DNA of 64,000 nucleotides from Gnetum montanum (Eukaryota; Plantae; Gnetophyta). The translations under genes and the position numbers were made by a program. The DNA lies in NCBI GenBank assembly GCA_015680685.1, contig MNCI01001817.1, forward strand, positions 904,828 to 968,827, in the 5' to 3' direction. How positions within the stretch are numbered: the first letter of the stretch is position 1; each line of letters begins with the position of its first letter. Below are positions 38,370-51,400 of this stretch, in pieces. Below the pieces are notes generated by a model. It had not been told where the DNA came from, did not search any database, and was given only the letters and a program-made list of their open reading frames with translations.

Positions 38370-40636
38370 TTGTAAAACTTTATAAAAGTTGTAACCTATG
38401 GTGACATAGTTTACTAATTAGCTCACGTGGTCTTATGTATCATCATGTAACATGTTTTCTTTGTCTTTTTTTCATGTTATCTTGAAGTTGTGTTTCTAGG
38501 ATGAAACTTGAAGTCATTGCAAAGGTGCAACTCATTATAGCAACAAGTTGCCATGTGACCTTGGTGTGTAAGATTTAGTTAGCTTATTTTGTGATACCAA
38601 GGATGCTTTTTTCACATCACTCCCACTATTTCCCCTTGAGCCACCATCCTGTAATCTAATTATAACCTTCCATATACTGAACAACAATTTGATCTATGTT
38701 TGACACTCATGCATTATGACCATTTGACATATCCTTCATCATGATCCACCATGTTCATTCAATGTAACACATCTCATTCAATGGGAAAACTAAATCAAAC
38801 CCAACCTTGGCAATGAAATTCAAAGAAGGTTTCACCTCATGAAAAAAAGGGGAAGCAAATTGCCAAGAAGCCAAAGCCCCTGTGAAGCCTAAAAAGATAA
38901 ACAAATAGCTCCAAAAATTCATAGGGAGATTCCTAATAGCCTAAGAAACCTCAAAGTGGAGTGTTGGCTCCTTGGAAACATTATTGAGTGATTAACACTT
39001 TGAAGCATGAAGCACAAAGACCTTATTAATCATTCAACATGTTATTTCCATAACCGTAGCCATGATGTCAACATATGGAACTCATTATTAATCTTTATAA
39101 CCATTTCCTTATCCAAATATGACATTTATCATATATCATCTTATTGTAACCTTACCTCATTATCACAAGCACTCTTTGGCATGGTTTGACACTACAAGAT
39201 CAAGCATGAATAGGAAACATTGGTGATGGATCCATAGTGGTATTTTGTATTCTTTTTTGATGTCTCTTATGTTAATCCTTCAAGCATCAACAAAGAGGGA
39301 CCAATTTAACACCACCAAGAAAATTCATGTTATGACCTATATTCTTCACCATTTGACTTGAGGCAATATTTCATTGTAAGTGTAAAGTTTGTAGCCTACA
39401 AGCTACAATCTTACATAATTTAACTTGTTAGGGCTGGAAAATGCCTCACAAGTTACTACTACTTTACTTCCCAAGTAGATAAAGTAGTGTCATGTCTATA
39501 TTTGATCTTGGGAAGGCTAAAAATGCCTTGGGGACTGCCAAATATGGAATTTTTATGGATTTTATGATGGTTATGACCTTGACTATGTTGGAGCCACACA
39601 CACCTAGTGTTGGAATTAGATTTTTTCATTTTTCCAAAAATGGCCATCATAGTCAACACAATTTCTAGTAGTTGCAGCATGGCCAGTGTAGTCATCAAAA
39701 ATTCTCAACAATATTCACATGGCCAACATAGTTACCATATTTTCCAAAAAATTTCAACACTGCCAACATAGCTCTTGAAGGCCAACATGGTTGAGGTGAA
39801 GCCAACATAGTCACAAAAGTTCATTTATTATTTTTAGTATCTAATGTGGTTTTCATGGCCTTGGGGTGTCAAAACTTGTCATAAATGGACAAATATGTTG
39901 AGAATAATCACCTGTTACACCTACCAAAAATAATCTATTAGTAACCATGGAAGAAATTTGTAGTCTAAAATTAGCAACCTTGAAGCCTTATAAAAGCCAA
40001 ACTTGAACACATTATTCAGGTTTGGAATGTTTTTGCAACCATTCAACGTTGGAAACCTTGAGCACTTTAAATCCATTTGGCATTTGTAAGACTTTTGGAG
40101 CAAATTGGAATCTACTTGGATACTAAAAATTGTCAACATAGTCCCATTGCAACAAGAGTCAAACACCACTATTTACATCACTGATAACCAAAGTTATAGA
40201 TTCAGGTGAAAACTAGCAAGGAGCTCTTAGCAATCAGAGTTGGGAAGTACATGGATTATGGAGTTCAACTGTAGAACACAATCTTCTATCTCTAACAGGC
40301 TTTAAGCTTTGTCCAAGCAAACTTCTTGTGCATCTGAGGACATAATCTGCACTCCTTTGAACTTCATACTTTACGCATTTTGCTATTTTAGTAAACTTTA
40401 TTAGTTCATTTGTAGTGCATAATTTATTTCAAGTTTAATTTTATATTTATTTTCAATCAAATTTGTAATTTCATTTTTTATCTACATTTATATTCTTCAA
40501 GTCCCTAGGTGATTGGATAGACCATTGAGGGTACTTTGAATTCTCTTTCTTGAAGGTCCTTGGGATTCAAGGTTACAACTATTTCTGCACCTAGGATTTT
40601 TAGTTTTTCCAATGATTGAATTTTTTGGGTGCAAAA
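38370..40636 (+). repeat. 3' LTR of Tat-2 (left boundary uncertain)
   Basis: cttgaagttgtgtttctaggatgaa (~38481) and gtggtattttg...catcaacaaagagggacc (~39237-39302) match the Tat-1 LTR; GGCCAACGTAGT-type motifs at 39580-39812; TATA ccttataaaa at ~39987; U5 aagtccc...agaccattgaggg. Confidence 0.65.
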
Positions 40637-42895
40637 AATAGGAGGGACAAATTACTTCATGATCATAATAGATGACTCCTCAGGATACAATTGGACTTAC
40701 AATATGAAGTAAAAGGATGAAGCCATCAAATACTTTGAAAATTTTTACAGATTGATTGAAAACTCCATTAATGTAAGATTAAGATAATTAGATTAAACAA
40801 AGGAGGTGAATTCATAAATAAGAAATTAGACAAGTTATGTTAAAAATGTTATATTTTATCAAACCACATATGGATATAGCTCATGATCAAATATAGTATT
40901 TGAAAGAGAAATATAAAACAATACAAGACATAATAAGGTGCTTAATAAAGCATGTTTGACTACCTAATCAATATTGGAGTATGGTCATCATAGCTACTTG
41001 TTACATTTCTAATTAAATTATTGCCAGAAGAAATGAAGATAGATCTCCATATGAATTTCTATACAACAAAATTTATAACTTGAGTCATATGAGAATATTT
41101 GGATGTCATTGCGATGTAAAGGTTTTGAAACAATTCACTGACATACTTGAAGATAGAGGAAAGAAATGAATTTTTTCTTACTTATTATTCTCACTAGTGG
41201 ATACAAGTGCTTCAATACAACAAATTAAAAATAATGTTTCAAGAGAGATTATATTTGATAAGACAAAGTTTAGTATAAGGGATTTTTTCAAATAACAAGA
41301 GAAATTAGATATATGTTAGAGTTTAAGACATTGGGTTTTAAGAGATCATCCATGCACTCAACTGCTAGACAAATTCTAAAAGAAAAATTACAAGATTTTA
41401 CAATATTACAAATAGGACATATTCAATATTCTTAAGTGAACCAACCAATGTCAACGAAGTTATGAAATTAAAAGTCTAGAAATAAGCCATGGACAAAGAG
41501 TACAATGGCATCCTATGAAATAACATATGGAAATTGTTGGACAAACTAAAAGATAAAAAGTCTATTGATTGAAATTGGATGTATAAAAAAAAGTACAATG
41601 AGAAAGAATAAATCATAACACACAAAGAAAGACTTGTGGCAACAAGATTGAAACAAAAGAAACACATTGACTATGAAGAAATCTTTGCAATTGTAACTAG
41701 ATTTGAAAGCATCAAGCTCATTTTTCAGTAGCATATAAAAATATAAAGATTTAACAAATGGCTATTACATCAGCATTTCTAAATAGATACATTAAAGAAG
41801 AAGTATAAATCTACTAGCCTAAAGGTTATGTTATGAAAGAAAAAAGAGAAAAAAAATATGCAAACTTAACAAAGCTCTATATGGCCTAAACTAAGTACCT
41901 AGGGCTTTGTTTTAAAGGATTAATGACTATCTCATTGGAAAAATTTATCAAAATTAGATGTTTGAACTAAGACCATATTTCAAGAAGGAAAGAGATAAAT
42001 CCATCAAATCACCATATGTAGATGGCATTATCTTTATTACCACTAATAAAAGGCTAGTAGAAGATTTTAAGAATGAAATGAAAATTGATTTTGAAATGAA
42101 GGATCTTAGAGAACTCAAATACTTCCTAGGAATTGAAGTGAACAAGGATAAGAAGTGAATCAAGATTTATCAAACCAAATATGCAAATTCCATCATTGAA
42201 AAATTTAATCTAAAGAATTAGAATTCAGTTAGAACTTCTTTGTCATATAGTTTAAAATTAACCAGCAAAGATAAGACTTTTATCATAAATGTAAGCATGT
42301 CTAGAGCCATGATTGGGTAACTTCAGTTTCTATATCATACTAGAATAAATTTAGAATACCCAACATCATACTTACCTACATTCATGTAAGAACGAAGACA
42401 ATCTCACATGTAAGTACTTGTGCGTCATGTCAAGTATGTAAAAAGAACTTGCAACTTTGGGATTTAATTTAGTAAAGAAGAAAATAAACTTTATGCATAT
42501 TCAAATGCTGATTGGATAGGAGAAAATGATGATAGAAAATCCACATTAAGGACTTATAATGCATATAAAAATTCTAATATATTATAAATCAAGGAAACAA
42601 ACATTCATCACCTTATTGACTTTTGAGTCGAAATTTATGGCCATGGCTGAATGCCTTCAACATATACTCTAGCTAAAAAAAACCTTCTCTCACATTTAGG
42701 ATTTGAAGTTGGGATTCCTAAAAATTTGTATTATGATAATACAATAGTGATTCAACTATCCCAAGACTATGTGCATCACAAAAAGTTCAAACACATTGAC
42801 ATCAAGTACCATTTCATCAAGTAAGAAGTGAAAGAAGAAACCATCAAATCCATTCACAGTATTTCAAAAGAGCAACTTGCTAACTTACTAAAAGA
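40637..42895 (+). pseudogene. Ty1/Copia pol remnant (INT-RT-RNase H)
   Basis: GGTNYFMIIIDDSS, KGGEF, AMDKEY..., KERLVA, IDYEEIFA, KALYGL, YVDGII, MKDLRELKYFLGIEV, YSNADW, KHIDIKYHFI, EQLA. Confidence 0.93.
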
Positions 42896-43329
42896 AAATA
42901 TTTTTGTCTCACATGATCAAGTATATTAATACATGTAGAGAAACACAAAAAATTGTAAAGAAAGAAGAAATCAAAGATGAAGAATGAAGATTACCTTCCA
43001 CTCGAAGATGGAACTATTGATTTTTTAGAGGAGAAGATAATAGTTTTTTGTTTTTACTATATAATAGAAGTTTATTTTAATTAAATATATGACATTTTCA
43101 TATTAATGGATATGTGTAATGTTATTTTAACCTCAATTCACATATATATAATTTTTAGGATTATTTTATTATTGGAACTATATTGTATTATTTTTAGTAA
43201 ACTTTGCTCCACTTGTCATATATATATTCAAGGCATATTTTCGAAATTCATATAATGTAATCATCAACATAATTTCACTTGTTTATCATCAATTCATCAA
43301 TATTTCATCAATTCATCAATAAGTATGAA

Positions 43330-43570
43330 CTAATTTTAATATTTTAATAATATTTTCATCATAGATAAAATAACATTAAGATCATATGCCCTAATTATAC
43401 TTAATTATAAAAAATAATGCTAATACAAGCATAATTGGAAAGAGAATGACCTACAATTACATTTAACTCTCTAGGTATCACACTACTTCAATCTATAGAT
43501 TATGATCAAATCACTTGTGTATGCTTATGATTTATTTGGTTGGGTATTTGATATACTGTAGCACTTATCA
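43330..43570 (+). repeat. 3' end of an Athila-like LTR, same family as 7840-8071
   Basis: agatcatatg...gattatgatcaaatcacttgtgta...cacttatca aligns with 7880-8071. Confidence 0.7.
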
Positions 43571-45472
43571 ACGATGGTTTGGTTCTATGCTTTCAAAAAA
43601 ATGGGTTTGGATGGTGGTGGAATCTATTTTAATTATCTTTGGCTTATATTATTATTATTTATTTAATGGTTTGTTGCTTGTTTCACTATTTGATATCAAC
43701 TCTTTGGATGCAACAACCCCTGCGCATGACTCTTCAACTATTTCATACTTGATTCCAAAACTATTAAGGAAGTACTTGTGATTTATTTTTTATACTCGGC
43801 TATTGGACTAACTTTCTCTTTTATTTTTGTATCTCAAGTAAAATAAATGATTGTGATGAGGATATAGATGAAGACGCTTATGCTTAATTTGAATTTTCAA
43901 TATTTTCTTATTTTCTTCAAGCTAGCTAGTTTGATGGATTTCTTTCTAAGTTATAATGTTTAACTAGTATTTGTTAATTTATAATGTTCTTTGATTGGCT
44001 ATGTCAATTTTGTATTTTCATATCTTTGGTGCAAGTCAAAGCTTACTTTTTATTAGTTTAAGTTTGATAATTGGTACTGATATAGATTTGGATATTTTAT
44101 TATGTTTTGAAAAGTTACTGATCTAATGCCCAATTTTATTTTAGTATATTATATTATTTCTTTCACTATAATGTTAACATTTGACTATTATGCAATTTTG
44201 GCTTGGGCATTAGAGCATCGAACTTTTTTCTTAGTGGGCATGTTATGCTTTATATGCAAGGAACTATTGGCTTGAAATTTATATTTTAATTTAATTTGTA
44301 ATTTTTATGCACCTTTGTGCTTGGCCTATGGATGTATACTACTTTTTCCATAAATTTTCTTGAATCCTTAAAATTTTATTAAGTTGTATTTTATTTTTTA
44401 TTTAATATCCTTCGAGCTTAAGGCTAGGTTAATGGGATGTTACATTTGGTATTAGAGCTAAAGGTTTGATAAGTATTATTAGATTTGAAATGTAGAGATG
44501 CTACTTAGAAGAGCTACCAAGACCTCAAATAGGATAAATCTTGAACAACTGAACATGAAAATATCATAAGATGATTTGGTAAGGAAGATGTTCACTTGAA
44601 GAATTAAAATTAGTCATGTGTAACTAGTGGACAAAATCCCAAAAACTCAAATAATAGAGATAGAAGACCCATTAAGCAAGTGCTAATGGAATAATTTAAG
44701 CATTTGAAACCACCAACTTTTGATGGGGCAGAAGACCTAGTAGTAGTTTTGGAATGGTTAAGAGAAGTAGAAGAAGCCTTTCAAGTTATGGATTATGCTA
44801 TAGTGCAAAAAATGCAGTTAAATACCTAGCAACTTAGGGGTTCTAATCACTAATGGTAAATAACAAGAGTGGCTAGATTTTAAGAAGACATAGAGATTTA
44901 GTAGGTTAACTTTATAGCAATGTTCAAAGGGAGATGTGTGTCCAATATGTTTATAAGGATTAAGGCCAAGAAGTTATCGATTTTGGAGTAGGATGACCTC
45001 ATAGTTTTCAACTATAATGCTAAGTTCCTCAAGTTGGTATATTTTTCTCCCCATATTTATGATAATGAAGAAGCGATAACCAACACTTCATTGGAGGACT
45101 AATTAAGCTAGTTTCTATAATCTTGGTTTTTCTTAGCTTGTAGAATATAACAAAAAACCCATGCAAAGATGTTTGTAATAGAGAGGAGCATTGTTTTGGA
45201 TAGTAAGAGGAAGCATGATCTAGGTGAGAGGAAGAATTAACCTATGATAAAGCCTGAAGGCTCTAAGCAAGTGAAGAAATGTTGAGAAAGGAAAAATTCC
45301 AATGACTTTATGTGTTTTTCTTATGAATATTAAGGACATCCTAGGAGTGACTATCTGAATTGTCATAAGTGTGGAAAACTTGGACATAAATAGTGGGGGT
45401 GTGCAAAACAAGCAATATAGAATATGGATGGTTAGATATTAGCATCCAACTAGCAGAGTAAGGATGTAGGAT
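43571..45472 (+). mobile_element. Tekay-like chromovirus fragment: partial 5' LTR (to 44444), PBS and gag
   Basis: LTR end gggatgttaca; PBS tggtattagagc at 44447-44458 (iMet type); gag FKHLKPPTFDGAEDLVVVLEWLREVEEAF (~44695) and CHKCGKLGH (~45361). Confidence 0.85.
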
Positions 45473-48400
45473 TGTTGATTGTTTCTCATTTTTTTGTGCT
45501 ATAGAAATAGAAGTTAATCAAATGAAGAACCAAAAGCTACATGGGATTAATTACTAGAATTATGGTGAAGAACACTCAACATGAATTCACTATTAACTAG
45601 AAAAAAACTAGAATATTATTCAAAAATCTCTAATATCAATCAATACAATTCAATAGAACAATTCCAATTCATTGTAATTTCTATAGCTCTTCTAGAAACT
45701 TTTCTATCTATCTTTCTTCTTATTCTTCTCTTCCTTTCATTTTCCTTCTTCTAGTGAATGCTTTATAATCTTACTTTAATTCAACATTAAAATGACTTTA
45801 GTTAATGGTTAGAATAATTTGTTATTAATGGCTATGACCTGGGTGTGAATTGTAGTAGGTTGCATCTCATAGCTTAAAGAAGAATCATGATGATAATTTA
45901 CCATTTCTAATGATTGTAAATCACAGTCTCCATGAGCTATTTTTAATGGTCAAATAATTAAATCCTAATGGTTGAATAACTAATTATTATTAGAGGGCTA
46001 CCATGGGCTACCATGGGCTATGAAAAAGGTGTGAGTCATAGGGGCTAGCATTGATGAACTTCCAATCTCTATTTAGCAATAAATTGTGACTAGTTATGAG
46101 ATGTAGCTAGTGGAAATTCCATGAACTACAAGCTAATGTGGGTTGCATGAGCTTGTATTTCATTGCCAAATTCAAATTGAACTTCCATGTGCTACCCCAT
46201 CTCTACTTGCAACTAACTTTACTTGTTTCAACTCCCTTCTTCTTTCAAAAATTTTCTTTCAGTTATTATAGGATGGGTATTCTTTCTTCTAAAGTTCAAT
46301 GATCATTCTCATTATTGAAGATTCAATTCCTAGCATGTAACTCTAAGTTGTGAGTGTTTGCGTGTTGCATAAGATCACAACTTCATATCCTAACCAGAAT
46401 ACTTGAAGAAACCAAGTAAGAAAGGGCATTAATTCACATACTAACATAGCTCCCAACTAGCTCTATATTGTCCCAATAAAAGAGAGTGGAAGAATGTGTG
46501 TGAATTAATGAATACCATAACAAATGAAACATAGTAGAAGATCAAGACATGTATATCATAATGCCTCATGAGTAAAAAAAAAGGAGAGAAGGGATAGAGA
46601 AATAAGAAAATAAAGTGCTCAAGCTGGAGGAGTTGAGCCATCCTATAGATGAGGTACAAGAGCCTCTACTAAAGGAGGAGGTTGAGAAGCACCATCTTTG
46701 GGCTTCTCACTCATGAAATCCTCCTCTACGACTTCATCATCCACGTAGTTGGTAGGGCTTGGTGGTCCTATCAACACAAAATCAAGATTGTGTAGCATCA
46801 AGGATGTAGCAACTGGTGAGTTGAAGACCTTCATAAGAAGTTTAAAGTTCCTAGGTGTCCTCAATGGCACCATAGGAAACTTTTCCTTCCATTGCTTTCA
46901 ATGTTCATGCTAGAGATGATCCATCCACTCCTTATGGATGCATTGTTATTGCATCTAATGAGCATGTTTCCATGGTATTGGATTTGCTGATGCTAATGCC
47001 TACCCCTACATATGAATCTTCTCGCATTGAGAAACTTGCGAAGTTGCTTGCGATAAAGAAAACATTAGTACAACATATTAAATAATGTAAAAATAATACC
47101 TAGGCTAAAAAAGACATGGTAACATAATGCAAATACTTAATACACATATTAAATAGGTCTAATATAATGCATAAATATGTAAAATACTTTAAATAATCAC
47201 ATAAATGAAAATAAATCTCAACAATGTTAGTGCCCCAAAAAAGTCAATGTTATCCCCAACATAGCATAGATAAGTAAGATGATGTAAATTAAGTAGTTAA
47301 AGATAAAGGCTAAATTTGAGAAATTTGATTCTTAATAATGGAGAAAATACCCAAATGAATTAATGAAAAAAATAGAGAAAATAATAAGAAATAAAATTAC
47401 AATACTCATGAATAAAAATTAATACTTTCTTACTCTTCCATTATTTCATCTTGATGACCTTCTATACTCTCATGTGAATGACTCTTTCTTCTACAAGTTA
47501 GATGTATTAATAACTTCAAATTCATTAGGTTGTACTATGGTAACAACCATTGTTCTAACATAGTAGATTAGTGAGTTGCCATGCTAGGTGGAATAATACG
47601 TAAGTATTTATTCTATGTAAGTGCTATGGAGAATTTAGTTGACAAATCACAATTAATGATGCTTCTACATGGATGGACTACATAACATGAAATGCAGGGA
47701 TTTAAATCCTAAATGTGGATTAATTATTCTTATTATTAGCACAAATTTAAAGTGAATACTATGAAGAAATTTTAGTATCATTGTTATTTTATGTATTACT
47801 TTGCCAAGAAAAGAACCTAAATAGCCCTAAATACATCATTAAAAGTCTAATGAATCATGAACTAGTAACTAGTAACATAATCAAAGTGCATATGATCTTC
47901 ATCTAAATTGTTCAAAGAAAAAAAATGAGTAGAAAGAAAAGAGTCCAAGTTCATTTACAATTGATGTTGCATTAAAAAAGACCTATTTTGTATAGAAGAA
48001 GGAACACGACATTGGTTACTGAATACTAGTTTATATGGAGTAAAACCAAGAGATGATTTATATGAAGTATGAATGGTCCATAATGCATCAAGTAAATAAT
48101 AAGACTAATCTATTCTATTACATTGCACAACTTTTTTCAAAATATTTTTAATTTTCTTATTCTTGCTTTCAACTAACCCATTTGATTAAGGATGATAGGT
48201 AGTAGCAACATGATATTTAACTTCCATCTTATGTAATAATTTTTACATTATTTCATTAAAAATGGATGATTTAATCACTAATTAAAATTTTCGCATGTCC
48301 AAAACATGGAATTAGATCATCTTGCAAAATCTAACTATTGTTTTCTCATCATCATGCATAGTTACCTTTGCCAAGACCCATTTAGTAACATAATCAATGA

Positions 48401-51400
48401 AAACTAAGATATATTTACAAGAATTTTTTGAGGGAAAAGAACACATGAAATCAATACTCCAAAAATAAAGGGGCTCATATTCTACCAAGATAGGCAAGAA
48501 TGACATGCCTTGGCATCTTGTAAGTCCTTCCATTTGCTGGCATTAATCACATCCCTTACAATATGCATAAGTGTTCTTGAACAAGGTGGGCCAATAAAAA
48601 CCAACATGGAGGAATTTGTATGACTTTTTCTTACTTATAGAGTGGCCTCCACATACTCCATCATGATTCAAAAAAATCACCTCTTCTTATTCTTGTTGAG
48701 GTACACATCGTCGAATGATCTGATCCTTACAAATCTTATACATGAATTGGTCTTCCAAAATGAACTATTGTGCCTTGATTACCAAGGCTTGTTTCTATTC
48801 CTTAGTTCAAGACTTTGGTACTTTACATAGAGCTAAATAATTAGCAATATCTACATACCAAGGATCTTGAACTTTAGGGATAACATCCCTAGCAGAATAA
48901 GCAAACATCTACTCATCAGGAAATGCATCATTAAACATGTGAGATGTCTTCAAATTTGAATTATTCTTCAATCTGGATGAATGATCTACCACTAAATTCT
49001 CAAATCCTTTCTTATCATGAATTACCAAATCAAATTCTTGCAACAAAAGACACCATTGAATTAGACTAGGACTTTTAGTTCATTTATTATGCAAATACTT
49101 AATAGTAGCATGATTAGTAAAAACTATGGTACGAAAACCAATTAAATAATGATTAAATTGATCTAAACTAATTATAACCGCTAACATCTCCTTCTTTGTA
49201 GTAGTATAATTAACTTGACTAGGATTGATATCTTAGAAATATAATAAATAACATATGGAACATTATCTTTACAATTGTCCAATACTAATCCAATTACAAA
49301 GTTTGAGGAATTTATCATAAGTTCAAAGTCCTTACTTCAATTAGATCTCAATAAAATTGGTGCTAAAGAAAGCTTAGCTTTTAAAATTTCAAATGCATTT
49401 TGGAAATATTTAGTCCATTTAAAAATAACATCTTTTTGTAAATGTTTTACCAATGGTTGAGTAATTAATGAGAAATCCTTGATGAGTCATCTATAGAAAC
49501 TAGCATGTCCCAAAAATGCATGTAAACCTTTAACATTCACAAGAGGAGTAATGTGGGAGATAACCTTTATTTTCTTAGGATCTACCAATATTCCCCTCTC
49601 CCTCAAAATGTGGCCTAACACAACATTGGAAGAGACCATGAAATGAAACTTTTCCAAAGATAATCTAAGACCTTTATCAATGTACCCACACAAGACTAAC
49701 TTAAGATGACATAAGGCATTAGACAATGAATCATTATAGATTAAAAAATTTTCCATAAAAACCTCAAGAAATGAATCAATCATATTTGAAAAATTGATGT
49801 CATAGTCTTTTGAAATGTAGTATGTGCATTACATAGCTCAAAGGGCATCTATCAAAGCACAAAAGTCCCCCATGGTATGGTAAATGTTGTTTTATGTTGA
49901 TATTTAGGGGCAATAAAAAGCTAATTGTAACCACTAAAGTCATCAAGAAAAAAATAAAATTAATGTCCTTGAAGCTTATTTAGAACTTGATATAAATATG
50001 GAAGTGAAAAGTGATCCTTGCTTGTCCATTTGTTTAATTCATGACAATCAATACAAACATGTCATGTACCTGACTTTTTAGAAACCACCATAATAGGGAT
50101 GACTTAGAATTAGAAATCAAATAAATAATGTTTGCTTAAAACAATTTTAAAATTTCATCTTTTACTACTTGCTTCATATCTAGCTTTAACCTGCTACATG
50201 ATTTTTTTCGTGGTCTAGCCTTAGCCTCCAAATGGATATGATGCTGAACAATGGATGGAGAAATCCCCTACTTAAGATTCAAAGGTGACCAAGCAAAAGG
50301 CTCAAGTGAGTCCATTAAAAATTGAATCAATATCTGCTATTGATTAGTAGTTAAACATGAGATAATGATCAATGGTTTATTTTTCTTAGCATAAATATAT
50401 TTTAATTAAGAAGGAAGTTTCTTTAAATGTAAAGTTGCCTCCTCACCACTCACAACAAAAGAACAATTCTTTAGTTTAAATGAATCCTTACCATCCAAGG
50501 CATCCTTCACTTGAGTGCATAGGAGCTATCTTTGTAAATTCATGGTTACATCTTTGTACTCTTCAAACATTAGTACCTGATACATCTCATCCCAATCACA
50601 TAATTCAAAATCACATAATTCAAAGAAAACCATGTTTGCTATAGCAACATTAACCCTGTTAAGATCATCAAACTAGAATTGGTTATCAAGGTTATATAAA
50701 TTGATTGAAAATTTCATATTTGCAAATATTCCTGTCATCAAGATAGTTTTCACATAAATAACCACATCCATTGTTACCAACATGGGCCTATCTAGAATCA
50801 TAGGATAAACATTATTCAAAGAAGATGTATAGTAATCTAGCACAATGAAATTAGTAGGGTACAAGGCTTTATCCACCTGTACCAAAATATCCTCAATAAT
50901 ATCTTTTGGATTAATAGTAGACTCATCTGCTAAAGAAATGTTAATATTAGTAGGTCTAATATGATCATAACCCAATGAATAATAAATCTGAAATGACATA
51001 ATATTTACACTATATCCTAGATCCCCTAATACTGATGAAACATTCTATTATGAATCATACAATCATAGGACTACCTAGATTTGTTGCTCTTTTAGGCATC
51101 CTAGCATTTAAAATATTTGTGATATTCTTAGCAAGGCTAACATGCTTGGGTATTCTAATTTTCTTCTTCAAAGAGCAAAGTCCCTTGAGGTATTTAGCAT
51201 ATTGAGTATCTTCAATGGCTCTCAACAAGGGAACATGTAAGGTGATTTCTTTAAAGAGGTTTTCCAATTGCTTACCATCAACCACATTTGATTATAACTT
51301 ATGAGGAAAAGGTGCCTATTAAGAAGAAGATTCATTGGGCTCATCTAAAGTAATCATTGTACTAGGTCCTTCCTCCATAGGAAGCTCTGTTGCAAAGATA

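Larger units (their letters stand above)
30372..40636 (+). mobile_element. Tat-lineage element Tat-2 (3' part): PR tail, antisense accessory gene, motif array, 3' LTR; inserted in a Copia integrase
   Basis: PR tail, gene and LTR are all homologous to Tat-1 in inverted orientation; no RT/RH/INT seen. Confidence 0.75.

Noticed and set aside
39426-39445. tgttagggc as the start of a new LTR
   Set aside because: Upstream 38470-39310 is already homologous to the Tat-1 LTR region, and there is no TSD or PPT.
43025-43320. Possible PPT and short 3' LTR of the Copia element
   Set aside because: No partner LTR or clear termini in the window.
50594-50623. 15-bp tandem duplication (also ccatgggcta x2 near 46000, and a GA run near 63825)
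   Set aside because: Ordinary slippage or microsatellite.
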